The notes under the pieces are model-generated. The model saw only the letters and a list, made by a program, of their open reading frames with translations. It was not told where the DNA came from and searched no databases. A stretch of DNA of 33,573 nucleotides from Candidatus Woesearchaeota archaeon (GTDB lineage: Archaea; Nanobdellota; Nanobdellia; Woesearchaeales; JAFCFN01), in NCBI GenBank assembly GCA_017609245.1, contig JAFCEI010000002.1:2639-36211 (forward strand), written 5' to 3'. The position numbers and the translations under genes are program-made. The first letter of the stretch is position 1; each line of letters opens with the position of its first letter. Below are positions 23,037 through 31,837 of this stretch, piece by piece.

Positions 23037-23079
23037 CAGGTTTAGAAATCATATTGTTTATAAAAAACTTTGGTTTATG

Positions 23080-23101
23080 TCGGAAATGCCAATATTTCCG
23101 A
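23080..23101. repeat. Perfect 8-bp inverted repeat TCGGAAAT-N6-ATTTCCGA in a divergent intergenic region
   Basis: Read directly from the sequence. It lies just upstream of a TATA-like element (minus-strand TTTTTATAAA, 23058-23067) that sits 22 nt before the ATG at 23036. Confidence 0.5.
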
Positions 23102-23275
23102 GCATCCTAAAAATCTGTCGACGAAATATGGTTTATATTTTGACAGTTTTTTTGATAAATTATATAAAATCATATATAAAAATTGCAGTTTTTACCAAAA
23201 TATATATAAATGAACAGGCAATATATACTAATAAATACTGATTTTTAGCGGTTTAGCTAAAAAAGGGGGTTTAAT

Positions 23276-23422
23276 ATGCCAGAAGCAAGATGTATGAAAT
23301 GTAGAAAACAAGTTGAGATCAAGGATCCGCAGGAAGTAGTTATGAAAAACAAGATGAAAGCTGTAAAAGGTGTTTGTCCTGTTTGCGGAACAAAGGTTTT
23401 CAGAATATTAGGAAAAGCATAA
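23276..23422 (+). CDS. Small zinc-ribbon protein (DUF5679-like), 48 aa
   Basis: Below the track cutoff: MPEARCMKCRKQVEIKDPQEVVMKNKMKAVKGVCPVCGTKVFRILGKA, with a CxxC...CxxC pattern. It is preceded by AAGGGGGTTTAAT. Confidence 0.75.
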   Translation: MPEARCMKCRKQVEIKDPQEVVMKNKMKAVKGVCPVCGTKVFRILGKA

Positions 23423-23425
23423 AGC

Positions 23426-23448
23426 TTTTTCTTTTATCTTTTTCTTTT
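23426..23448 (+). terminator. Oligo-T tract (archaeal-type terminator candidate)
   Basis: TTTTTCTTTTATCTTTTTCTTTT begins 4 nt after the stop of the zinc-ribbon gene. Confidence 0.45.
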
Positions 23449-23503
23449 AGTTATTTACTCCAGAGTAGAAATACTTAAATAAAAAGTTTCACCAAGAGTT
23501 TCT

Positions 23504-24424
23504 ATGGAAAAAGACACACAAGAAGCTATTTTAAAAGCCAGCATGAACCATACTTTGCTACACAATCCTCCTAAAACATCCAGATTAAAGCTAAAGCATA
23601 CTGTCCCAGTTATCATGGCCTTGACATTCTGGGCAGCATTGAACTACACTAAATACAAAATAGACAGATATGCATATCCTATTATAAAAAATTGTTCAGC
23701 ACTAGAACAGATAATCGAGCCAGAGGCAAAAAAATATATGCACTATATCTTAGATGCATGTGAAAAAAACAAAGAGACATACCCTGTTGACCCTGCTTTA
23801 TTCATGTCACTGATCAAAGCAGAATCTGAATTTAAGCAGTTTGCCATATCATCAGTAGGTGCAGCAGGCTTGTGCCAACTCATGCCATCTACAGCTCAGG
23901 GATTTGGCCTGGATGTTTATCTGCCTGAATATTTTGAAAAAGCAAAAGAAATAAGGTCTCTGGCAGTAAAAGAAAATAGCCTGGCCCACAAATATCTGGA
24001 TAAGAACTGGTTTGAGAGCGCAAAAAAACACGAATTGATTGCAGACAGATATTTCAAAGAATCATCAAAGCTTTTTGAAAAATATATCAATGAGCTCAAA
24101 ACCAAGCATAAAGAAGATGAAAGGTTTGACCCTCAAAAAGCAATCCCTGTTGGCGTCCTGATACTGGCCAGCAACCTAAAAGAAAGAAAAGGAGACATAA
24201 GGGAAGGGACCTCAGGGTATAATGCAGGCATGGCAGCAGTCAGAAGGCATAACGGAATTCCCCCTTATGATGAAACAGTGCCTTACCAGAACAAGATATA
24301 CAATTACTATAAAGAGTATATAACAAAATATTTAAAAACAAAGCAAGATAATACTATTTCTAATGAAGATATTAACCTTACACTCAGACTTCATCGTAAT
24401 AGAACCAAAGAAAAAGGCAATTAA
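23504..24424 (+). CDS. Membrane-anchored lytic transglycosylase (SLT domain, family 1)
   Basis: The N-terminal TM segment is VPVIMALTFWAALNY. Canonical SLT motifs: LIKAESEFKQFAISSVGAAGLCQLMPSTA, SGYNAGMAAV, Y.NKI. Confidence 0.85.
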   Translation: MEKDTQEAILKASMNHTLLHNPPKTSRLKLKHTVPVIMALTFWAALNYTKYKIDRYAYPIIKNCSALEQIIEPEAKKYMHYILDACEKNKETYPVDPALFMSLIKAESEFKQFAISSVGAAGLCQLMPSTAQGFGLDVYLPEYFEKAKEIRSLAVKENSLAHKYLDKNWFESAKKHELIADRYFKESSKLFEKYINELKTKHKEDERFDPQKAIPVGVLILASNLKERKGDIREGTSGYNAGMAAVRRHNGIPPYDETVPYQNKIYNYYKEYITKYLKTKQDNTISNEDINLTLRLHRNRTKEKGN

Positions 24425-26219
24425 AGATGCTGAGAAGATAAAAAAGGCAAAAGAGGAGATAAAAGAGTGTCTGGTTGTCTTGACAGCAGTTGAAAAAAGA
24501 GATGAGCAAAATCCTTCTAATGTTGTCAAAAAGCTAGTCAAAGAAGTTAAAGATATTGCAAAGCAAGTCAAGACAAGGAAAATCGTTCTCTATCCATATG
24601 CTCATCTGAGCAGTGATCTGGGTTCTCCTAAAACAGCATTGCATATCCTTAAAGATTCTGAAAAAGCTCTGAAAAAAGATTTTAGCGTTTACAGAGCTCC
24701 GTTTGGATGGTATAAAGCATTTAATGTAAGCTGCAAAGGCCATCCTCTATCTGAGCTGAGCAGGGAATTTGGGGCTGAACAAGAAAAAGAATCAAAAGCC
24801 CTGAAAGCTGAGAAAAAGCTAAGATCATACTGGCACATCATGGACACAAGCGGCAAGCTTCATGATGTTGATAAGTTCAATTACAAAGGCCACGAAAACC
24901 TGAAAAAATTCGCATTCTATGAAAAATCAAAGACAAGGGCAGTAACACAGGAGCCAGATCATGTCAGGCTTATGAGAAAACTGGAACTTGTTGATTATGA
25001 GCCTGCTTCTGATGCAGGAAATCTCAGATATTACCCAAAAGGAAGGCTTATCAAATCATTGTTAGAGACATATGTGAGCGAGAGAACAATAGAATACGGG
25101 GGGGTTGAAGTAGAGACACCGTTGATGTATGATGTAAACCATCCTACCTTATCAAGATACTTGAACAAGTTTCCTGCAAGACAATATCAGATCGAAAGCG
25201 ACAAAAGGACATTCTTCCTGAGATTTGCAGCGTGCTTTGGACAGTTCCTGATGGCGCATGATGCAACACTCTCTTACAGGAACTTGCCGTTGAAATTATT
25301 TGAGATGACAAGATACTCGTTCAGAAGAGAACAGAGCGGAGAGCTTACAGGATTGAGGAGGTTGAGGGCATTTACAATGCCCGATGTGCATGCATTGTGT
25401 TCTGATTTAAAACAGGCTATGGACGAATACAAGACAAGGCTCAAGCTATGCCTGGATGTCCAGAAAAAGATCGGACTTACAAAAGATGATTTTGAGCTAG
25501 CAGTGCGGATCACCAAGGATTTTTACAAAGAACACAAAGAGTTTGTCGAGTGGCTTGTAAAGACATTTGGCAAGCCTGCACTGATCGAGATGTGGGATGA
25601 ACGGCCGTTCTATTTTATGCTAAAATATGAGTTAAATTATGTTGACAATCTTGATAAAGCATCTGCACTTTCAACAGACCAGATCGATATTGAAAACGGA
25701 GAAAGGTATGACATACGATTTACCGGCAAAGACGGAAAAGACCATCATCCTTTGATACTGCACTGCTCACCATCAGGCGCGATCGAAAGAGTGATATATG
25801 CTTTGCTTGAAAAAGCAGCTAAAGAGAGCAAAAAAGGAAAAAAGCCAACTCTCCCATTGTGGCTTTCACCTTCACAGGTAAGGCTTTGCACAGTTTCTCA
25901 GGACCATAATAAGTTTGCAGAAAAGCTTGCAGATGAGATTGCAAAACAAAAGATAAGGGTTGACATTGATGACAGGGCAGAGTCGATCGGCAAGAAGATA
26001 AGAGAAGCTGAAAAAGACTGGGTTCCTTACACATTAGTCATAGGTGACAAAGAGGCAAAGAGCAAAAAGATGATGGTCAGGGTAAGAGAAAAAAATAAGC
26101 AGATTGAGATGACAAAAGATGAGCTGATAAAAGAGATCAAGAAAAAAACGCAAGACATGCCTTTCAAACCTTTGCCATTGCCAAGAGAGATTTCTAAAAG
26201 ACCGATTTTTGTAGGCTAA
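24363..26219 (+). CDS. thrS: Threonyl-tRNA synthetase, archaeal type with N-terminal editing domain
   Basis: MKILTLHSDFIVIEPKKKAI.. is the archaeal tRNA-Thr editing domain. The class II core follows (FRREQSGELTGLRRLRAFTMPD, motif 2-like), then the anticodon-binding domain. The gene overlaps the preceding gene by 62 nt. Confidence 0.92.
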   Translation: MKILTLHSDFIVIEPKKKAIKDAEKIKKAKEEIKECLVVLTAVEKRDEQNPSNVVKKLVKEVKDIAKQVKTRKIVLYPYAHLSSDLGSPKTALHILKDSEKALKKDFSVYRAPFGWYKAFNVSCKGHPLSELSREFGAEQEKESKALKAEKKLRSYWHIMDTSGKLHDVDKFNYKGHENLKKFAFYEKSKTRAVTQEPDHVRLMRKLELVDYEPASDAGNLRYYPKGRLIKSLLETYVSERTIEYGGVEVETPLMYDVNHPTLSRYLNKFPARQYQIESDKRTFFLRFAACFGQFLMAHDATLSYRNLPLKLFEMTRYSFRREQSGELTGLRRLRAFTMPDVHALCSDLKQAMDEYKTRLKLCLDVQKKIGLTKDDFELAVRITKDFYKEHKEFVEWLVKTFGKPALIEMWDERPFYFMLKYELNYVDNLDKASALSTDQIDIENGERYDIRFTGKDGKDHHPLILHCSPSGAIERVIYALLEKAAKESKKGKKPTLPLWLSPSQVRLCTVSQDHNKFAEKLADEIAKQKIRVDIDDRAESIGKKIREAEKDWVPYTLVIGDKEAKSKKMMVRVREKNKQIEMTKDELIKEIKKKTQDMPFKPLPLPREISKRPIFVG

Positions 26220-26220
26220 G

Positions 26221-26988
26221 ATGCTTGTAGATGTCCATGCGCACATGTACAGCAAACATTTTGCCAAAGATCTTGATAAAGTTATCAAAAGAGCTGAAAA
26301 CGCAGGTGTTAAAGCCATAATTGCAGCAGGGGTTGATCCTGAAACAAACAAAGGAACACTTGAATTGGCAGAAAAATACAAGATTATCAGGCCAGCTTTG
26401 GGATTATATCCTGTTGATGCTTTAGAAAGAGAGACTCGCAAAAAGATTTCTTATGATGTTGGTAAGGCTATTCAATATATCAAGCAGCAAAAAAACAAGA
26501 TAATAGCAATAAGCGAGTTTGGCCTGGATTACCTGTCAAAAGATGCTGATAAAAAAACTCAAAAACAGATGTTCACAAAACTGCTAAGGCTGGCAAAAGA
26601 CATCAAAAAACCGGTTATTGTCCATTCCAGAAAAGCAGAAGCAGATGTTGTTGATATCTTAGAAAAAGAAAATATGAAAAATGTGGTGATGCACTGCTTT
26701 TGCGGAAAAAGATCATTGGTCAAAAAAGCAGCTGACCTCGGATATTATTTCTCAATTCCCTGCATTGTTACAAGATCTGAACAGTTTCAAGATCTGGTGA
26801 AAAATGTTGACTTAAAGCAGCTGCTGACAGAGACAGATGCACCTTATCTAAGCCCCTTCCCAGACAAAAGAAATGAGCCAGCTTATGTCAGAGAAACAAT
26901 CAAAAAGATTGCTGAGATAAAATCCTTGCCTGAAAAACAGGTTGAAAAGCAGATATCTGCAAACTATCACAAATTATTTGTTAAATAG
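26221..26988 (+). CDS. TatD-family metal-dependent hydrolase
   Basis: MLVDVHAHM, SEFGLDY, VIVHSR, HCF.G and TETDAPYL are TatD signatures. The gene starts 2 nt after the thrS stop. Confidence 0.9.
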   Translation: MLVDVHAHMYSKHFAKDLDKVIKRAENAGVKAIIAAGVDPETNKGTLELAEKYKIIRPALGLYPVDALERETRKKISYDVGKAIQYIKQQKNKIIAISEFGLDYLSKDADKKTQKQMFTKLLRLAKDIKKPVIVHSRKAEADVVDILEKENMKNVVMHCFCGKRSLVKKAADLGYYFSIPCIVTRSEQFQDLVKNVDLKQLLTETDAPYLSPFPDKRNEPAYVRETIKKIAEIKSLPEKQVEKQISANYHKLFVK

Positions 26989-27023
26989 TAAACCTTTTAA
27001 ACCAAGATTTCTTTAAAACACTA

Positions 27024-28376
27024 ATGGTATTAGAAAAGCTGTCAAGCTCGCTGAAAAATACTCTGCAGAAGATCACAAAGAGCATGTTTGTAGACAAGAA
27101 GCTGGTTGAAGCATTGGTCATAGACATCCAGAGAGCTTTGCTTGCTGCAGATGTTAATGTAAGGTTAGTTCTTGAGCTCTCAAACTCTATCAAAAAACGA
27201 GCTTTAGAAGAAGAGGCACCAAAAGGGATTGACAAAAAAGAATATCTAATAAAGATCGTATATGAAGAGCTGGTCAAATTCCTGGGTGAAAAAGAGAGCA
27301 AGATAGAGATCACAAAAAAGCCGTTCAAGATAATGATGATTGGTTTGTTTGGCTCTGGAAAAACAACAACAATAGGCAAACTTGCAAAATACTACACAAC
27401 ACGCGGCCATAAAGTTGCTGCAATTGGGCTTGATGTTCACAGGCCAGCTGCTCCAGACCAACTGGAACAGATATGCAGACAGGTAAAGATTCCCTGCTTT
27501 ATAGACAAGAAACAAAAAGATCCTATAAAGATATACAAAGAGTTTGAGTCTGAACTAGATAGATTTGATATCATATTGATTGACACTGCAGGAAGAGATG
27601 CTTTGTCAGATGACCTGATAGAAGAGATCAAAGAGCTTCACAATCTGATAAAACCAGATGAAAACCTATTGGTAATCTCAGCAGACATCGGCCAGGCAGC
27701 ACAAGACCAGGCAAAAACATTCCATGATTCTGCTTCAATAACAGGGGTTATAGCCACAAAGATGGACGGCACTGCAAAAGCAGGCGGGGCTTTGACAGCA
27801 TGCGCTGCAACAGGAGCCAAGATCAAGTTCATCGGAGAAGGGGAAAAGATAGATGATCTGGAGGTATTTGATCCAGAAGGTTTTGTCGGCAGGATGCTTG
27901 GGATGGGTGACCTGAAACTGTTGTTAGAAAAAGCTAAACAAGCTATCACAGAAGAAGGTGCAGAAGATCTTGGAAAAAGATTCCTGAAAGGCGAGTTCAA
28001 CCTGGTTGACCTGTATGAGCAGATGTCTGCAATGAAAAAGATGGGGCCTCTGACAAAAGTTATGGAGATGATCCCTGGAATGAGCCAGATAAAGATACCA
28101 AAAGACCTTCTGAAAGTCCAGGAAGGAAAACTGGAGAAATGGCGCCATATCATGGATTCTATGACCAAAGAAGAGCTGGAAAATCCTGAGATACTTGCCA
28201 GAGACAGGATAGATAGGATTGCAAAAGGCTCAGGCACAACATCTGGCGATGTAAGAGAATTGATAAAGCAATACAAGCAGGCCAAGAAGATGTCAAAGAT
28301 GATGAAAGGCGGCAAAGGTATGGAAAAGCTCATGAAGAAGTTTGGCGGCAAGATGCCCCCTGGCATGGGTATGTGA
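27024..28376 (+). CDS. srp54: Signal recognition particle protein SRP54
   Basis: N domain, then a G domain (GLFGSGKTTT, DTAGR, TKMDG.AKGG) and a Met-rich M domain (MKKMGPL..MIPGM). The C-terminus is MPPGMGM. Confidence 0.95.
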   Translation: MVLEKLSSSLKNTLQKITKSMFVDKKLVEALVIDIQRALLAADVNVRLVLELSNSIKKRALEEEAPKGIDKKEYLIKIVYEELVKFLGEKESKIEITKKPFKIMMIGLFGSGKTTTIGKLAKYYTTRGHKVAAIGLDVHRPAAPDQLEQICRQVKIPCFIDKKQKDPIKIYKEFESELDRFDIILIDTAGRDALSDDLIEEIKELHNLIKPDENLLVISADIGQAAQDQAKTFHDSASITGVIATKMDGTAKAGGALTACAATGAKIKFIGEGEKIDDLEVFDPEGFVGRMLGMGDLKLLLEKAKQAITEEGAEDLGKRFLKGEFNLVDLYEQMSAMKKMGPLTKVMEMIPGMSQIKIPKDLLKVQEGKLEKWRHIMDSMTKEELENPEILARDRIDRIAKGSGTTSGDVRELIKQYKQAKKMSKMMKGGKGMEKLMKKFGGKMPPGMGM

Positions 28377-29516
28377 TCACTTATTCTTGACAAAAATACC
28401 TAAAGCAACAGCAGCTATCAAAGCGATTACTGCTCCATAGATAAATGCTGTTTTAGTTCCAATGCTGTCCCACAGGATTCCAAATACCAAGCTTGCTGGA
28501 AAAACTGCAAGCCCTGTAAATGTATGATAGATACCTAAAGCTGTTCCTCGCTTTTCTGATCTTACAAGGTCTGAAACAAATGCTCTTGATGTGCTGTTGA
28601 TCAAAGCCATATGGATCCCGTAGACAGGGAACAATATCCAGGCCAGCAGCGTATTGTTTGCATAAGCAAATCCCAGACAGACCAGCGCAAGAACCAGATA
28701 ACCTGCTAAGATAATGGGCTTTTTCCCTATCTTGTCTGACAGTTCCCCGACAGGCAGGGCAAACAAAGCATATGCAATATTATATATCAAATAGATTATG
28801 GGAACTAATGCGACTGCAATACCCAACGATTGCGCTTTTAGTATAAAAAATGCATAGCTGAAGCTTGCAAGATTAAACAGGGTTGCAATGATGACAAATC
28901 GCTTGTATTTTTTGCTTAATCTTCTTAATGAAAACCTTATCTTATGCGTGATACGTTTGGGCTTTATCTCTTTTATATGCGGGATCAACAGGACAGATAT
29001 GATGGCAGGGATAAAAGCCAGCCAGAATATGAGCCTGAAGCCATCTGCCAGGACATAAAGCAGATAAGAAGCTATCAGCGTACCTACAACAGCCCCCAGG
29101 TTGTCCAGCATCCTGTGAAAGCCAAAAGCAGTCCCTCTTTTTTTTGATGAGGCAGCAATCAATGCATCTCTTGGCGAATCTCTGATACCTTTACCTGCCC
29201 TGTCTAAAAATTTCAATAAGAGGACATGCGGCCATATTGTGGACAGTGCCAGCAAAGGCTTTGTCAATGAAGACAGCGTGTAGCCTGCAAGGATAAACGG
29301 TTTTCTCTTCTTGGTCTTGTCTGACCAGTAGCCTGAAAATGTTTTCATCAGTGATGCTGTTGCTTCTGACAAGCCGAACACCAGGCCCACAACTGCCATG
29401 TTTGCCCCCAGCGTGATTGTCAGAAACAAAGGCAGGATAGGCAGTATCATCTCTGAGCTCACGTCTGTAAAAAAGCTGACCAATCCCATCAGTTTGATGT
29501 TTTTATGAATTTTCAT
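28377..29516 (-). CDS. MFS transporter
   Basis: 379 aa with about 12 hydrophobic segments. MFS loop motifs are present: SDKTKKRKP.. and GELSDKIGKKP. Confidence 0.8.
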   Translation of the reverse strand: MKIHKNIKLMGLVSFFTDVSSEMILPILPLFLTITLGANMAVVGLVFGLSEATASLMKTFSGYWSDKTKKRKPFILAGYTLSSLTKPLLALSTIWPHVLLLKFLDRAGKGIRDSPRDALIAASSKKRGTAFGFHRMLDNLGAVVGTLIASYLLYVLADGFRLIFWLAFIPAIISVLLIPHIKEIKPKRITHKIRFSLRRLSKKYKRFVIIATLFNLASFSYAFFILKAQSLGIAVALVPIIYLIYNIAYALFALPVGELSDKIGKKPIILAGYLVLALVCLGFAYANNTLLAWILFPVYGIHMALINSTSRAFVSDLVRSEKRGTALGIYHTFTGLAVFPASLVFGILWDSIGTKTAFIYGAVIALIAAVALGIFVKNK

Positions 29517-30271
29517 CTTGACCTATTTCTGACAAACCATGTCAATGCTGCAATCACCATGGCTGAACAGAACAGCTGCCCCATTGTCAGCCCGAATATG
29601 ATAAAGCCCAGCTGAGGATCAGGGGCCCTGAAAAACTCTATCATGAACCTGAACAATCCGTATAATAAGACAAAAAGCCAGAATAAGGTTCCTCTCTTCA
29701 GGTTCTTTATCTTGCTTGCAGAAAACATGATAAAAAACAATACAAAATTTTTGAATGACTCATATAATTGAGAAGGATGTCTTGGCAATCCATCTCCAAA
29801 ATCAACAGCCCATGGCACATTTGCGACTCTTCCGACCAATTCGCCGTTGATAAAATTAGCTACCCTTCCCAATGCCAAAGCTATCGGCAGTGCGACCAAA
29901 AAGATGTCAGCAATATCATAGAAATGCATCTTTCTTTTTTTGCAAAATAAAAATAATCCTATAATTGCGCCCAGCAAGCCACCGTGAAAAGCTATCCCTC
30001 CTTCCCAAAGCACAGGAATCTCTGCAAGATGATGCAGATAATACATCGGATTATACACAAAAACATACACAAACCTTGCGCCAACTATCACTCCGATGAT
30101 TGTCCAGATAGCTGCATCAAGGATCATATTCTTGTCAATCTTTCTTTTCTCAGCAAGCTTTGTTGACAGCCACAGCACCAAAAGAAAACCTATTGCAAAG
30201 ATCAGGCCATAATATCTTATCTCTAATCCGCCTATCCTAAGAAAAACCGGGTCTATGTTGTGAACAAACAT
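29513..30271 (-). CDS. lgt: Prolipoprotein diacylglyceryl transferase (Lgt)
   Basis: L.IRYYGLIFAIGFL, GARF.Y, G.AFHGGLLGA, ALALGRVANFINGELVGR and HPSQLYES are Lgt signatures. Its stop overlaps the MFS start as ATGA. Confidence 0.88.
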   Translation of the reverse strand: MFVHNIDPVFLRIGGLEIRYYGLIFAIGFLLVLWLSTKLAEKRKIDKNMILDAAIWTIIGVIVGARFVYVFVYNPMYYLHHLAEIPVLWEGGIAFHGGLLGAIIGLFLFCKKRKMHFYDIADIFLVALPIALALGRVANFINGELVGRVANVPWAVDFGDGLPRHPSQLYESFKNFVLFFIMFSASKIKNLKRGTLFWLFVLLYGLFRFMIEFFRAPDPQLGFIIFGLTMGQLFCSAMVIAALTWFVRNRSR

Positions 30272-30323
30272 ATTTATTGTATAACAAGAAACTATTTATA
30301 TATTTAATTGTTTGAAAAAAATT

Positions 30324-31031
30324 ATGCAGTTCAAGGGTTTTCAAAAGACATCACTTATCGAATATCCGGGCAAGATAGCATCAATAGTGTGGGTTGCTGG
30401 CTGCAACTTCAGATGCCCTTTTTGCTATAATGTGGGGCTGGTCATGAATTCTGATGAGATTGAGAGCGTATCTGAAGAAAAGATACTTGATCATCTTAAA
30501 AAAACAAAAGACTGGACAGATGCCCTTGCAATAACAGGCGGGGAGCCGACACTTCAGAAAGATCTGCCTGAATTCATAAAAAAGGTCAAGAACATGGGGC
30601 TGCTGGTTGAACTGGAAACAAACAGCACAAACCCTGACATGCTCAAGCAACTTATTGACAGTAAGATGATAGATTATATTGCGATGGATATCAAAGCTCC
30701 TCTTAATTTTGAAGATTATCAAAAAGCTACAAACATCAAAGACAGGCAATTGTTTGAAAATATCAAGAAAAGCATCAAGATGGTGATGAGATCAAGGATC
30801 GATTATGAGTTTAGGCTGACTGTAGTGCCAACACTCCATACAAGAGAAAAGCTGATAGAGATCGGCAAGCAGCTTAATGGTGCTAAAAAGTTCTATCTGC
30901 AGCAGTTCAAGAACGATGTGAGCCTGATGGATGAGAGCTTTGAGAAGATTGAACACTTCTCAAGGCCAGAACTGGATGAGTTCTGCAAGAGGCTGAAAAG
31001 ATATTTCAAAGAATGTAAAGTGAGAGCCTAA
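30324..31031 (+). CDS. Radical SAM activating enzyme (anaerobic ribonucleotide reductase activase NrdG-like / glycyl-radical activase-like)
   Basis: The ATG at 30324 is preferred over the TTG at 30312. SLIEYPGKIASIVWVAGCNFRCPFCYN contains the CxxxCxxC cluster motif, and ITGGEPTLQ is a SAM-binding motif. Confidence 0.8.
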   Translation: MQFKGFQKTSLIEYPGKIASIVWVAGCNFRCPFCYNVGLVMNSDEIESVSEEKILDHLKKTKDWTDALAITGGEPTLQKDLPEFIKKVKNMGLLVELETNSTNPDMLKQLIDSKMIDYIAMDIKAPLNFEDYQKATNIKDRQLFENIKKSIKMVMRSRIDYEFRLTVVPTLHTREKLIEIGKQLNGAKKFYLQQFKNDVSLMDESFEKIEHFSRPELDEFCKRLKRYFKECKVRA

Positions 31032-31837
31032 CCCTGGGTCACAAAAAATCTCAACATATCCCTTATTGTAATCAGGCCAACTGGCTTGTTATTTTTAACT
31101 AAGACAACACTTGGCACTTGTTTTCTCGTCATCATCTTGGAGATTTCTGTAACAGAAGCATCTGGATCAGCAGTTACAAGGTCGCTGATCCTCATCATGT
31201 CCTGGATAGGCAGGTCAAGCACATTTTTTAATTCCTTGAACTCTCTTGTGCCTGTTTTTACCTTGGTCCCGGTCATCTTGACGCCAAAATCATTGTTTAT
31301 GGGCCGCATGACATATTTTTTCATCCATTGTTTCAGCGTGACTATGCCGACCAGCTGCTTGTTTTCAGTTATTGGCACCCTGCCGATCTTGTTCTCTTTC
31401 ATCAGGTTAAGAACATCGCCATATCTCGCATTAATATCTACCAATATCTCTTTCATGGTTCCAACCTGCCTGGCCTTAAGATCCCCTTTTATCAGCTTCA
31501 TCATGTCTATTGATTTTACAACGCCGATGACTTTTCCATTATCTTTAACAGGCAATATTCTTGAATCAGAGTTATACATCAGCTCTGCTGCTTTTTTTAG
31601 GTCAGTGTCTGGCTTTAAGGTTGAAACATGAGCCAGGAATTTCTTTACTTTTGTCTTTGAAGAGTCAATATTTGACTGCAGCAGCCACTGCCTTTTCAAG
31701 ACTCCTTTAAAGTCTTTTTTATCAAATATCAGTGCGTCATCATCCTCATGTTTTATTGCCTTGCCTATAAATTTAGATAAAGTATCATTTATGTCAACCT
31801 TAATGTAATCTTTTGAGACAATGTCCTGAACATTCAT
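31028..31837 (-). CDS. CBS-domain protein (four CBS repeats, i.e. two Bateman modules)
   Basis: Repeated CBS-like segments, for example ILPVKDNGKVIGVV, RVPITENKQLVGIVT and VVLVKNNKPVGLITIRDM. Confidence 0.8.
   Translation of the reverse strand: MNVQDIVSKDYIKVDINDTLSKFIGKAIKHEDDDALIFDKKDFKGVLKRQWLLQSNIDSSKTKVKKFLAHVSTLKPDTDLKKAAELMYNSDSRILPVKDNGKVIGVVKSIDMMKLIKGDLKARQVGTMKEILVDINARYGDVLNLMKENKIGRVPITENKQLVGIVTLKQWMKKYVMRPINNDFGVKMTGTKVKTGTREFKELKNVLDLPIQDMMRISDLVTADPDASVTEISKMMTRKQVPSVVLVKNNKPVGLITIRDMLRFFVTQG

Noticed and set aside
24363-24424. The 62-nt overlap between the SLT gene and thrS as a sign of a frameshift or fusion
   Set aside because: Both proteins look complete. The SLT motifs end well before the overlap, and ThrRS starts with the expected MKILTLHSDF editing-domain N-terminus. 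The overlap probably reflects a low-complexity SLT tail in a compact genome.
27638-28393. 251-aa minus-strand ORF antisense to SRP54
   Set aside because: SRP54 on the plus strand is unambiguous, with G-domain and M-domain motifs. The antisense product is Ser/Phe/Ile-rich, as expected opposite Lys/Glu/Asp-rich codons. The same reasoning applies to 11217..11681, 11752..12114, 13299..13718, 22396..22866, 26034..26441, 26981..27379 and 31086..31631.
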